From the NCBI GenBank assembly GCA_028287465.1, contig JAQBPO010000018.1, forward strand, positions 31,857-95,856: a DNA stretch of 64,000 bases, written 5' to 3'. This DNA comes from Fibrobacterota bacterium (GTDB taxonomy: Bacteria > Fibrobacterota > Fibrobacteria > UBA11236). A program made the position numbers and the translations under genes. Under the pieces are notes generated by a model. It was given only the letters and a program-made list of their open reading frames with translations, ran no database searches and had not been told where the DNA came from. This document shows positions 9,213 through 19,208 of the stretch, piece after piece. Each line of letters begins with the position of its first letter. Position 1 is the first letter of the stretch.

Positions 9213-10636
9213 ACGTCAAGGATAACAAGGGTGGCGTCGTCCGCCAATTCGCCCGTGGCCTGGGTCGATCCGCCCAGGAAGTCCGATCGCAATCGCATCA
9301 GGGAATCGATCAAGGCCGCTGGGTGGTCGGGCCCGGAGCCAAGGGCCAATTCCTTGAGCGGCTCAATGCCGAACATCTTTCCGTTGATGCCATGGGCCTC
9401 GGTAATGCCGTCGGTGAATAGGAAGATGCGCGCTTCCGGCGCCAGTTCGAGAGTCGCCTCGGAAAGGAAGGTGTTGGCGAACATTCCCAGGACGAGCCCT
9501 TGGGAGGACATCTCCAACAGGCTTTCCCCGGTCGGCTCGCTTTCCGGGCTCTGACGCACCATTTGCGCCACGTGGCCGGCATTGCAATAGGTGAGCCGCC
9601 GGCTCCGCTTGTCGAAAATGGCGTAGAAAGCGGTCACGAACTGGGCCGCGCCGAGTTGCTGGGTCATGAAGGTGGCGTTGATCCTGTTGAGAACGCTGCA
9701 AGGCGAGGGATCCGGGTCTCCCGCGGAGTCCATGGCGGAGAACGTCCGGAGCAGGACCTTGAACATGGACATGACCAGGGCCGCTCCGATTCCATGGCCC
9801 GAAACATCGGCCACCACCAGGCCCAGGTTCCCGGAGGGCAATTCGAAGCAATCGTAGTAGTCGCCTCCGACCATGCCGGCCGGGATGTATTTGGAGGCGA
9901 TGCGCTTCAGCAGGTGGTCCGGAAAGGCGGTCGGGAGCAGGTTGTTCTGGATGGCCCGCGCACGGTCCAGATCCTTTTCGATGGTCTTCTGGGCCTTGCT
10001 CAGGGCGGCATAGGCCTCATTGAGCTTGGTATTGATCTGCTTCAATTCCGTATTCGCGGCGGCCAGTTCGCGCTGGGCCCGCCACGTCTCCATCATCAGT
10101 CCCGCCTGATTGGCGAGGCTGGAGAGATGGGAGATCGTCTGACCGGTGAGTTCTGGGCCGGGAGGCGTGGTATCCAACCACAATGCGCCAAGGGGCAGGA
10201 TGCAGGAAGGGGTTTCCGGAGCCATTTCCGCCACCCGGGTGGTGATGGGCATGATGAGGTAGCTTCCGGCGCCGGTCACGAAGAATGGATCGTCCTTTGG
10301 GATGGTTTCCACAAGCAGATGGCGGTGGGTCATCAAGCAGGCATGTATGGTTCCCGTGGCGGGGGAAACCCGGATGGCCTCCATGATTTCCGGCGACAAG
10401 CCCAATCCATGGGTGGGGGAGAGGTAGGCCTGTCCCGGTTTCAGGCCGAGCAAGGCCATGTTCTGCACCCCGGTCAGTTCGGTGATGCCTAATAGGAAGG
10501 CATCCAGGGCCTGATCCAAGGTGGCCGCCGAATGCATCACCCGCGTGACTTCCTGGACCAGGGAGCTCAGCACCAGTTCCTTGGATAGGAGTTCCTGGTT
10601 CTGATTGTCTTCCGTTTCTTGCGGCTCCATGGGCAT
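9209..10636 (-). CDS. GAF + coiled-coil + SpoIIE/PP2C phosphatase
   Basis: VGGDYYD, VADVSGHG, FTDGITEA and DDATL motifs; start chosen at MPMEPQ. Confidence 0.88.
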   Translation of the reverse strand: MPMEPQETEDNQNQELLSKELVLSSLVQEVTRVMHSAATLDQALDAFLLGITELTGVQNMALLGLKPGQAYLSPTHGLGLSPEIMEAIRVSPATGTIHACLMTHRHLLVETIPKDDPFFVTGAGSYLIMPITTRVAEMAPETPSCILPLGALWLDTTPPGPELTGQTISHLSSLANQAGLMMETWRAQRELAAANTELKQINTKLNEAYAALSKAQKTIEKDLDRARAIQNNLLPTAFPDHLLKRIASKYIPAGMVGGDYYDCFELPSGNLGLVVADVSGHGIGAALVMSMFKVLLRTFSAMDSAGDPDPSPCSVLNRINATFMTQQLGAAQFVTAFYAIFDKRSRRLTYCNAGHVAQMVRQSPESEPTGESLLEMSSQGLVLGMFANTFLSEATLELAPEARIFLFTDGITEAHGINGKMFGIEPLKELALGSGPDHPAALIDSLMRLRSDFLGGSTQATGELADDATLVILDV

Positions 10637-10812
10637 TTCGGTGGCTTTCTCCTGATTGGTGGCCGGTCCGATTATACCACAACCGAGGGACCAGACCAAA
10701 GCCGGTTGACCGGGCAGGGGGGGATAGCTAAGTTTTATAGCCGTTTTCAAGGGGTGGATGCCCCTTCCGAACAGCGTTCCATAGTTCCCTCATAGTTCCT
10801 TAAGAGGCCCGG

Positions 10813-11532
10813 ATGAATCTCATGAATCAAAACCCCGCCGCCAAAGCCCCCGAGAAGGAAGCCGGCCTCGTCGAATGGTTCCTCATCGATTTCTGGCCGC
10901 GTTTCGGGAAGCAGTTCTCCATCTTCCTCGTGGCCCTGGCCGCGCTGGTGCTTGGAGTCGTGTGGTTCAAGGGGCACCAGGAGGCCCAGGCCGCGAAGGA
11001 GAACAAGGAACTCGGACTGGCCTATGTCTATTACAGCGAGGACAAGAACGATTCCGCTCTCGCCTTCTTGACTTCCTTCCTGAAAACCAACCATTCCCGC
11101 CTGGTGCAGGACAAGGCCAATCTGATGCTCGGCCAAATCCAATATTCCAATGGCAAATATGATGACGCCATCAAGGCTTTCAGCCAGGTCGATCTTTCCA
11201 ATACCAAGCAGCCTTTGATCTCTTCCGGGGCCATGCATGGCCTGGCCTCGGCCTATATCCAGAACAAGAACTACCCCCTGGCCGTTGAAACCCTGGAGAA
11301 GTTCGTTTCCCGTTTCGGCCGCAGGACCGGTAAGCCCTCGGAGAAGGTGGCCGGAAACGAGGTCGCCGACCTGAGCCCGGCCGTGCCTAACGCCTTGTGG
11401 AAACTGGCCTTGAGCTATCATGAGCTGAAGAACGACGAGAAGGCCAAGGCGACCGCCAAAAAGCTGGCGAATCTCTATCCCGAATCCCGCGAAGCCTTCG
11501 ACGCCACGCGCCTTCTGGCCCAACTTCCCTGA
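10813..11532 (+). CDS. Membrane-anchored TPR protein (YfgM/CpoB-like)
   Basis: Single N-terminal TM helix followed by TPRs, ending in LYPESREA. Confidence 0.75.
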   Translation: MNLMNQNPAAKAPEKEAGLVEWFLIDFWPRFGKQFSIFLVALAALVLGVVWFKGHQEAQAAKENKELGLAYVYYSEDKNDSALAFLTSFLKTNHSRLVQDKANLMLGQIQYSNGKYDDAIKAFSQVDLSNTKQPLISSGAMHGLASAYIQNKNYPLAVETLEKFVSRFGRRTGKPSEKVAGNEVADLSPAVPNALWKLALSYHELKNDEKAKATAKKLANLYPESREAFDATRLLAQLP

Positions 11533-11632
11533 GTCCCGGGCCCCGTTCCCGGGGCCCTCCTTCCGGTCCATAATCCACCCTTGATGGACCCTACTGCCAT
11601 TTTCCGGCAGACCCGATTCGTATATTCTTAGC

Positions 11633-13636
11633 ATGTCCATATTCAAGCTCGAATCCCCCTTCGCCCCCGCAGGCGATCAGCCGGCAGCCATTGAACAATT
11701 GATCGGCGGATTCAAGGCCGGGGAGAAGTTCCAGACCCTGATGGGGGTGACCGGATCCGGCAAGACCTTCACCATGGCCAACCTGATCCAGGAACTGGGC
11801 AAACCCACCCTGATCATCTCCCATAACAAGACCCTGGCCGCCCAGCTTTACCAGGAGTTCAGGGCCTTCTTCCCCAAGAACGCGGTGGAATACTTCGTCA
11901 GCTATTACGATTACTACCAGCCGGAGGCGTACGTTCCTTCCAGCGATACCTACATCGAAAAGGATTCGAGCCAGAACGATGAGATCGACAAGCTCCGGCT
12001 GAGGGCCACGGCCTCCCTGGTCTCGCGAAAGGACGTCATCGTGGTCTCTTCGGTTTCCTGCATCTATGGCCTGGGCACCCCTACGGAATTCCGTAAGATG
12101 ATGATCGAGATCAAGGTCGGTGATTCCATTGAACGCAACGACTTGCTGAGGAAGTTCATCGACATCTATTACAGCCGCAACGATTTCGATTTCCGGCGCG
12201 GCACCTTCCGGGTGCGCGGGGACGTGGTGGAGCTCCATCCCGCCTATGACGACTTCGCCTATCGCTTCGAGTTCTTCGGCGATGAAGTCGAGAAAATAAG
12301 GCGCATCAACCTGATTACCGGCGAGGAAGAGGCCCAGCTTGACCAGGTCCTGATCTATCCCGCCCGGCATTACGTGACCAGCGAACAGGGGATGGATCGC
12401 GTGCTCCGGGACATGCGCAACGAATTGGATGAATCCCTGCGCACCTTCACGGCCCAGAACAAGCTCCTGGAGGCCCAACGCCTGAGCCAGCGCACCATGT
12501 ACGACATGGAAATGCTCAAGGAGGTCGGCCACTGCCCCGGAGTCGAGAACTACTCCCGCATCATCGAAAACCGGGCCGTCGGGACCCCGCCATCCACCTT
12601 GATGGACTTTTTCGGGGACGACTACCTGCTCATCCTGGATGAATCCCATGTGACCATCCCCCAGATCGGGGCCATGTACAATGGGGACCGTTCCCGTAAG
12701 GAGAACCTGGTCAATTACGGGTTCCGCCTCCCATGCGCCCTGGACAACCGTCCCCTGAAGTTCAATGAATTCGAGGCCAAGATCCCAGCCACCCTTTTCG
12801 TCTCGGCCACGCCCGCGGATTATGAATTGCGGAAATCAGGCGGCGTGGTGGTCGAACAGATCATCCGTCCCACCGGTCTCCTCGACCCGGAAATCGAAGT
12901 GCGGCCCACCAAGGGACAGATCGACGAAATCCTGAACGAAATATCCATGCGCAACGCCAAGAACGAACGCACCCTGATAACCACCCTTACGAAGCGGAGC
13001 GCCGAGGATCTGACCGATTACCTGCAGCAGGCCGGTCTTAAGGTGAGCTATATGCACTCCGATACCACCACCCTGGCGCGCAGCGCGATCGTCAAGGATC
13101 TTCGCGAGGGGAACATAGATATCCTTGTGGGAATCAATCTCTTGCGCGAGGGCCTGGATCTTCCCGAAGTGTCCCTGGTCGTCATCCTGGATGCGGACAA
13201 GGAAGGGTTCCTCCGCAGCAATCGATCCCTGATCCAGACCATCGGCCGCGCGGCCCGCCACCTCCACGGAAAGGTCATCCTGTTCGCGGACAAGATGACG
13301 GACAGCATGCGGTACGCCATCGATGAGACGAACAAGCGCCGGGCCAGGCAGGAAGAATCGAACCGGCGCACGGGCATGGTCCCAAGGGGCGTACAGAGGG
13401 AAATCCACAAGCATCTGCAACTCGTCCCGGACGTCGATTACAGCATCGACCTCAAGGCCCTGATGGTCGCGGAAGAAGATGCGGCCTACCAGGCCGCCGA
13501 ACGGGATGGGGTCGCGAAGGGCGGAAACCCGACCGTGGAGGCCCTTCGCAAGGAGATGCGCGAGGCCGCCGCGAATCTGGAATTCGAAAAGGCCGCCCAC
13601 TTCCGCGACCGGATCCGAAAACTCGAAGGGGGCTGA
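11633..13636 (+). CDS. uvrB: Excinuclease ABC subunit B
   Basis: GVTGSGKTFT, YYDYYQPEAY, DESH and a C-terminal UVR domain (LEFEKAAHFRD). Confidence 0.98.
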   Translation: MSIFKLESPFAPAGDQPAAIEQLIGGFKAGEKFQTLMGVTGSGKTFTMANLIQELGKPTLIISHNKTLAAQLYQEFRAFFPKNAVEYFVSYYDYYQPEAYVPSSDTYIEKDSSQNDEIDKLRLRATASLVSRKDVIVVSSVSCIYGLGTPTEFRKMMIEIKVGDSIERNDLLRKFIDIYYSRNDFDFRRGTFRVRGDVVELHPAYDDFAYRFEFFGDEVEKIRRINLITGEEEAQLDQVLIYPARHYVTSEQGMDRVLRDMRNELDESLRTFTAQNKLLEAQRLSQRTMYDMEMLKEVGHCPGVENYSRIIENRAVGTPPSTLMDFFGDDYLLILDESHVTIPQIGAMYNGDRSRKENLVNYGFRLPCALDNRPLKFNEFEAKIPATLFVSATPADYELRKSGGVVVEQIIRPTGLLDPEIEVRPTKGQIDEILNEISMRNAKNERTLITTLTKRSAEDLTDYLQQAGLKVSYMHSDTTTLARSAIVKDLREGNIDILVGINLLREGLDLPEVSLVVILDADKEGFLRSNRSLIQTIGRAARHLHGKVILFADKMTDSMRYAIDETNKRRARQEESNRRTGMVPRGVQREIHKHLQLVPDVDYSIDLKALMVAEEDAAYQAAERDGVAKGGNPTVEALRKEMREAAANLEFEKAAHFRDRIRKLEGG

Positions 13637-13989
13637 GCCGACAGCCCGGTTACAGGAGACGAAGACCGATGATGGTTACGGTCTTCCATTTGCTTTTTGT
13701 TTTATTCCCGTTCGATTCGGAAGTAATCGATTTGCCATTCATCCCGCTGCTCGATTAGCACGTTTCCGCCCTAACCTCCCGGACGGTAACTGTGAAGTAT
13801 TTATCCATTCAGAGGGATCTAATTGAACGGTAATGGGACAATAATTCCCAATACTCGACCCTTGATTGGACGGGATCCCTTAATCATCCGCATATATCAA
13901 AATTACCTTGCTCTTTGTTTTTTATTTTTATTTTTTGCATACTTATCCGGTTGATCCGAGAATCAACTGAAAACCTTAAGGAGTAATTC

Positions 13990-14607
13990 ATGAACGTTTG
14001 GGGCAATGTTAAGAAGATTTCGGTCGGTGGCATGTTCATCGGCGCAATGGTGGTTGTCGGCTCGCTCTCCCTCACCGGTTGCTTGACCGATGACAAGAAA
14101 GACGATACGACCCCGGTCGCCAAAGACAGCGTCAGCACCAAGAGCGTGACCGTCGGCGCCCAGGCGAACAACACCTTGGGTTCCTTCATCGACCTCGACA
14201 CCTACTCGGTGCTCAAGCAGTCCGCCGCCGAAGCCGCTTCCGCGACCGTCGACATCGTATTCGCCTTTTCCGGTTCCGCCAGCTCCTCCGCCGTGTACTC
14301 GCCTGATTCCGCCAAGGGCGGCATCGCCGGCGGCCCCGGTCTGGATATCGCCAAGAACCTGACCACGGTCAACCACACCGAGCTGAAGACCGTTGATGCC
14401 GCCAAGTTCGACGCCGCCGCGACGGTTGAGGACTTGAACGCCTTGTACGCAGCCGGCACCGTCGCCGCCAACGGCCGCCTCCTCGTCTCCAAGGGTTTCG
14501 CGTTCGGCGCGAAGACCGCCGGCGGCAAGATTGTCGGACTGAAGATCACGGATGTGACCACCTCCGCCACCGGCGAGGCCACCATCCAGGCCAAGGCCAA
14601 GTGGTAA
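13990..14607 (+). CDS. Surface lipoprotein, probably highly expressed
   Basis: AAGGAG RBS, lipobox LTGC, strong codon bias, AT-rich upstream region and its own terminator. Confidence 0.8.
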   Translation: MNVWGNVKKISVGGMFIGAMVVVGSLSLTGCLTDDKKDDTTPVAKDSVSTKSVTVGAQANNTLGSFIDLDTYSVLKQSAAEAASATVDIVFAFSGSASSSAVYSPDSAKGGIAGGPGLDIAKNLTTVNHTELKTVDAAKFDAAATVEDLNALYAAGTVAANGRLLVSKGFAFGAKTAGGKIVGLKITDVTTSATGEATIQAKAKW

Positions 14608-14639
14608 GCTAAGCCCCAAAGGCCCGGCTTTCATTTTCG

Positions 14640-14674
14640 AAAAGCACTCCCTCACCGGAGTGCTTTTCTTTTTT
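14640..14674 (+). terminator. Intrinsic terminator
   Basis: aaaagcactcc-ctcacc-ggagtgcttttcttttt. Confidence 0.85.
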
Positions 14675-14723
14675 CCCCTCCAGGTACTAGATTTACACCT
14701 TTCCATACCACGGGAGCCCGTCC

Positions 14724-17429
14724 ATGAAGGTCTTGAAGCGTATCATCCTGGCAGGCATAGTCCTCCTGCTTCTCCTGAGCCTGGGCGCCTATTTCGCCAT
14801 CAAAATCGCCTTCCCCCCCGCCAAGATAAAGGAGCTCGTGCACAAGCACGGTTCCGAGGCCCTCAACCGGGACGTCAGCGTTCAGGACGTTTCCATCCGC
14901 GTTTTCCCGAATCTGAAGCTGTCCGTAAGCGAAATCAACGTGGCCAATGCCAAGGGGTTCTCGGCCGACCCGTGCATCAAGCTCCGGGAGCTCGCCCTTT
15001 CCATCAACTTCCTTTCGCTATTGAGATTCTCTCCCGTCGTGAACGAGATCAAGCTTGTGGATCCGGAGATCCTCTACGAGGTTTCCAAGGACGGGCACAA
15101 CAACCTCGAGGGAATCGGGAAGACGGATACCGTACAGGCGGTAAAGGATTCGGCCAAGACCATCGAAAGCCCCGCCGCGGTCGCACTCAAATCCTTTACG
15201 ATCGAAAACGGCCGCGTCCGGTACCGGGACCTGCAGACCGGCCGGGAGCTCATCCTCGGCAAGATCAACCAGAACGTCTCCCTGGATTTGGATCAGCGCC
15301 TCGAGGACGTCCAGACCAAGGGCAAGCTCGAGATCCTGGAAATCAAGGTTTCGGATTCGGCCTCCGGCCTGCGCAAGGGTGACATCAAGGTTACTGTCCG
15401 CCACGATATCCACCTGAACCTGCCCGCTGAACGCCTCCAGATCCGCAGCCTCGAGATCGGATTCCAGGACATCCGGGCCACGGTCAAAGGCGAGGCGACG
15501 CGATTCATGACCAAACCGCCGGTCCTGGATCTGAGCCTTTCGGCCCAGGACATCAAGCTCGCCTCCGTGCTCAAGGAGGTCCCCGCCAGCCTTTCCCCGG
15601 ACATCCCCAAGCTCAGCGCCAAGGGCATCGCGGCCCTTGAAGCCCATATCAAAGGGGTTTTGGACACGGGTAAAATCCCGGACATCCTCGCCCACTTCAC
15701 CATCCGCGACGGCGGCATTTCCCATAAGGACCTTCCGGCGGGCATCGGGAACATGAACCTGGATCTCGACATGGTCGGCGACAGCCTGAAGCTCGGCCGC
15801 TTCGCTTTCGATCTCGGCGGCAACCCCGTGAAGATGGACGCCTTGGTCACCTCCTTGCGCGCACCCATCCCCATGCTCCAGGAATTCAATCTGAACGCCT
15901 TGCTGGATATCGGGAAACTGGTCCCATTGCTTCAGAAGCTGGCCTTGGCGGATAAGTCCCTCAAGGCGGAAGGAATGGTCCAGGCGAATATCAAGGCCGC
16001 CGGTCCCATGGATCCCAATGCGCCGCAGAACCTCAAGGCCAATGGGCTGGTGGAGCTCAAGAACGTCGCCGCCGAAGGAAAGCCCCTACCGCAGCCGGTC
16101 CGGCTGAGCGGACAGGTCAAGATCGACAATGAGAAGATAGGGGAGAATCTGAACGTCCATATCGGACAATCGGATCTGGCGGTGAACGGAACGGTATCGA
16201 ATTACCTGGCCATGATCATGCCCAAGGCGGCGAAGGGCCAGACCACCAAGGCCAAGATCACCGTCCAGTCCGGCTTTCTCAATCTGGATGAGCTGATGCC
16301 CGCGGGTGAGAAGAAGCCTGAAGCCGAAAGCGCGCCCGCGACCTCCTGGCCCAAGCTTCCGAACCTGGACGCGGAAGTGGACGTGAAGCTGGCCAAGACG
16401 CAATTGATGAACCTGGCCATGACGGACTATTCCTCCAAGACCACCTTGCTCGGGGGCGTGGCGAATACGGCCTTGAAGGGCACCCTTTATTCAGGCGGCT
16501 TCAGCTCCGTGGTCAAGGCGGATCTGCGGGACACCAGCGACGCCAAGGTCGCGCTCAAGCTGGACGTCAACCATGTCGAAGCCAACGATTTCATCTCGCG
16601 GCTCAATGATCGCCTGCCCGGCACCAACCGCCTTCTCAAGAGCCTTTCCCGGGCGGACAGCACCATCTTCGGCAAGTTCAACCTGAACATGGACGTGGTC
16701 ACCCATGGAACCCCCAAGGAGGTCGCGGACAATCTGATCGGGAAGATAGCGTTCGCCCTGAACGACGGGAAGCTGATGGAAACCGGCCTCGTGAAAGGCC
16801 TTTCCGACGCCCTTTCCAAGATCAACAAGTCCCTGGCCTTCCGCGAGTTCACCTTCTCCAACTTCAAGTCCGATCTTGAGGCCGTAAACGGCAAACTGCT
16901 CGTCAAGCATGTCGATATCGCCGAATCCGTCATCGGCGCCCTCAATGCTACGGGCACCATCGGCTTCGACAATTCCCTGGACCTTTCCCTGGAAAGCCAT
17001 CTGCCCCCGGGTCTCAGTTCTTCCGTGGCCGGCGCGAGCGGGGCCCTGGCTTCGGAAGTCGCGAAGCTCAGCAAGATCCCGGCGCTCGGCAATGCAAGCT
17101 TGGTCCCGGTCGATAAGGCCGGGAGGGCCGTGGTCTATTTCCTGGTGGGCGGGACCCTCGCCAAGCCAAGCTTCGCCTTGGATGCCAAGCGAATGGCCGG
17201 AGAGGCCGCCTCAGGGGCCAAGAGCGCCGTGGGAGACGCCTTGAAGAAGAAGACGGATGAACTGAAGGCCCAGGCCAACGCCGAAAAGGACAAGCTGGAG
17301 GCCCAGGCACGCGCCCGCGCCGATGAAGAGAAGAAGAAAATCGATGCCGCGGCCGAGGAACAGAAAAAGAAGGCCACGGAAGAAGGCAAGAAGCAGGGCA
17401 AGAAAGTGCTAAAGGGGCTTGGCCTCTGA
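14724..17429 (+). CDS. AsmA-family protein
   Basis: N-terminal TM helix, AsmA-type N-terminus, beta-rich repeats, ATGTIGFDNSLDL and a charged coiled tail. Confidence 0.85.
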   Translation: MKVLKRIILAGIVLLLLLSLGAYFAIKIAFPPAKIKELVHKHGSEALNRDVSVQDVSIRVFPNLKLSVSEINVANAKGFSADPCIKLRELALSINFLSLLRFSPVVNEIKLVDPEILYEVSKDGHNNLEGIGKTDTVQAVKDSAKTIESPAAVALKSFTIENGRVRYRDLQTGRELILGKINQNVSLDLDQRLEDVQTKGKLEILEIKVSDSASGLRKGDIKVTVRHDIHLNLPAERLQIRSLEIGFQDIRATVKGEATRFMTKPPVLDLSLSAQDIKLASVLKEVPASLSPDIPKLSAKGIAALEAHIKGVLDTGKIPDILAHFTIRDGGISHKDLPAGIGNMNLDLDMVGDSLKLGRFAFDLGGNPVKMDALVTSLRAPIPMLQEFNLNALLDIGKLVPLLQKLALADKSLKAEGMVQANIKAAGPMDPNAPQNLKANGLVELKNVAAEGKPLPQPVRLSGQVKIDNEKIGENLNVHIGQSDLAVNGTVSNYLAMIMPKAAKGQTTKAKITVQSGFLNLDELMPAGEKKPEAESAPATSWPKLPNLDAEVDVKLAKTQLMNLAMTDYSSKTTLLGGVANTALKGTLYSGGFSSVVKADLRDTSDAKVALKLDVNHVEANDFISRLNDRLPGTNRLLKSLSRADSTIFGKFNLNMDVVTHGTPKEVADNLIGKIAFALNDGKLMETGLVKGLSDALSKINKSLAFREFTFSNFKSDLEAVNGKLLVKHVDIAESVIGALNATGTIGFDNSLDLSLESHLPPGLSSSVAGASGALASEVAKLSKIPALGNASLVPVDKAGRAVVYFLVGGTLAKPSFALDAKRMAGEAASGAKSAVGDALKKKTDELKAQANAEKDKLEAQARARADEEKKKIDAAAEEQKKKATEEGKKQGKKVLKGLGL

Positions 17430-17930
17430 TTTGACCAGGCGGATGCCGTTCAAATGGTCCAGGAGTTTCCGGGCCAGGTCTTCGGACTCCGCGACGCGGC
17501 CCTTGACCTCCTCAAGGGAAACGATTTCCGCATCCTGGTCCGTATCCTCGGGACGATAATTCAGGATCCCGGAAATCGCCGGCGCATCCTTTCCGTTCCC
17601 GTCCGCCATCGCAAGGCCGATGGCCCCATTGGCGACAACGTTCCGGAAGAAGGACAACTGGCGGATCTCCTCGAGGGTTTCGTGGATGGCCTCAACGGTT
17701 TCCGGCGGCGCATCCGAACATTCCGCCAGGTTCTCGATGATCCAGGTCAGCTTTTGGCTGAGGAACTTCTTCTTGATGGATTTGTACTTGTACCCATCCG
17801 CCATCTTCACGATGAATTCCATGGCCAGGAACTCGATCATCCCCAGATTGAGGAAGAACCTGCCGGTGACTTCCGCCCATTCGCGGGTCAGGGGATCATC
17901 CGCCGCTATCTTTATCGTTTTGGTATCCAT
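17409..17930 (-). CDS. Hypothetical helical protein (HEPN-like, degenerate)
   Basis: GRFFLNLGMIEF helix and FRNVVANG, which resembles RNxxAH. Confidence 0.6.
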   Translation of the reverse strand: MDTKTIKIAADDPLTREWAEVTGRFFLNLGMIEFLAMEFIVKMADGYKYKSIKKKFLSQKLTWIIENLAECSDAPPETVEAIHETLEEIRQLSFFRNVVANGAIGLAMADGNGKDAPAISGILNYRPEDTDQDAEIVSLEEVKGRVAESEDLARKLLDHLNGIRLVKSEAKPL

Positions 17931-17933
17931 AAC

Positions 17934-18362
17934 TCAGGCCCGGTGGTTATCCGGCCTCCATTCCTTGATGTTCTTTTTGATCGCTTCTCCGGAAAGCCTT
18001 TCCGCGGCGGCTTGCAGGGCCAAGGCCGGGAATTCGCCATCCGAGGCGAATCGCAGGCTGATGATCTGGCGCAAGGTCAGGCCCGTCGGCAGGGGCTTCC
18101 CGGTCAGGGCATAGTGCCGGAATCCCTCTTCGGCCCGGATGGCGCGATCCTGGACCCGGTTCACCATAACTCGGGTGTAGAACCACTGCAGCAACATGCC
18201 GAAACCGATCATGGCCGGAAGCATTCCCCGGATTCCGTCGCCGAGGGTCTCAGGCAATTTCCAGGCGAAGATGGCGCCGCCGAAGATGAGGAACAGTACC
18301 GTAGGCAGGACATAGCGCTGCAACGGGTATCGGCGGTGATTGGCGTAGCTTTGGGCGTTCAT
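17934..18362 (-). CDS. DUF6526-like membrane protein
   Basis: QSYANHRRY, QDRAIRAEE, LRFASDGE and IKEWRPDNHRA motifs. Confidence 0.75.
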   Translation of the reverse strand: MNAQSYANHRRYPLQRYVLPTVLFLIFGGAIFAWKLPETLGDGIRGMLPAMIGFGMLLQWFYTRVMVNRVQDRAIRAEEGFRHYALTGKPLPTGLTLRQIISLRFASDGEFPALALQAAAERLSGEAIKKNIKEWRPDNHRA

Positions 18363-18450
18363 TCTACCTCGGTTCCGGGTCGATCGGACGGTGAAATATA
18401 CTTCAAAGCCATGGGGAGTCCCGGTCTTGCGGCAAGCCGCGGTCCCGAGG

Positions 18451-19194
18451 TCACATCACCGCGTCGAGCAAGGCCAGGAACCGGTCCACGGCGGAACCTC
18501 CGGCCGCCTTGGCGTTCACCGAGCCTTTGGCCACGTTCAAGGTCACCGCCTTGGTCGAGTCCGGAAGTCCAAGCGCTCCGCCCAGGAGATGGATGCGCAT
18601 CTCCGCATCGACCTTGTAAGGCACGTCCTGGCCCCGTACGATGGCTTTCCAGGCCGCCTTGGCGAAAACGGGATTGTCCAGGCGCAAGGGGAAGGTGATC
18701 CTCACCACCGTATCCGCGTTGGGGGCCACGGAAAACGCAGGGATGACGCCGGAGGCCGATGGGGCCGAGGAAGAGGTTTCCTTCACCCTCAGGTGACCCG
18801 TGCCCCCGTCGAAGACGGCCCGCATGGCGTGGGTATTGGATGCCTTGATATCGCAATCGATGTCCACGCCGATGCGTCCAAGCAAGGAACGGTTGGGGGA
18901 GATGAGGCTGATGGAGGCGCTCAGGAGGTCGGAAGGATAGACAAGATGGGAAACGTCCACCTGTTGCAGGGAAAACCCGAGGCCGAATACCCCCAGCCTT
19001 TGCTTCAGGGACTCCAAGACCGCGCAGCCGCCCAGGGTAAGGCTGGTGGCAAGGCCAAGAACCACGGCGGTAGCAAGCCCGATCCATGTTCCGGCCCGTA
19101 GCGGCCTGGAGCCGGCCGGTGGGGGGGCCGGCATGGATTCCGAAGCGGAGGAAACCGGGAAGGAACTTTCGCCGTGCCAACCGTTTCCAGTCAT
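18451..19194 (-). CDS. LEA_2/WHy-like lipoprotein (start uncertain: 19194 or 19134)
   Basis: Lipobox LGGC and beta-sandwich pattern (FSVAPNADTVVRITFPL, VPYKVDAE). The ORF-track extension upstream overlaps glgB and is rejected. Confidence 0.6.
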   Translation of the reverse strand: MTGNGWHGESSFPVSSASESMPAPPPAGSRPLRAGTWIGLATAVVLGLATSLTLGGCAVLESLKQRLGVFGLGFSLQQVDVSHLVYPSDLLSASISLISPNRSLLGRIGVDIDCDIKASNTHAMRAVFDGGTGHLRVKETSSSAPSASGVIPAFSVAPNADTVVRITFPLRLDNPVFAKAAWKAIVRGQDVPYKVDAEMRIHLLGGALGLPDSTKAVTLNVAKGSVNAKAAGGSAVDRFLALLDAVM

Positions 19195-19208
19195 TTCAAG
19201 CCTCCTGG

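Noticed and set aside
11595-11609. LexA box upstream of uvrB (tgccattttccggca)
   Set aside because: Its spacing and half-sites do not fit TGCNC-N4-GTGCA.
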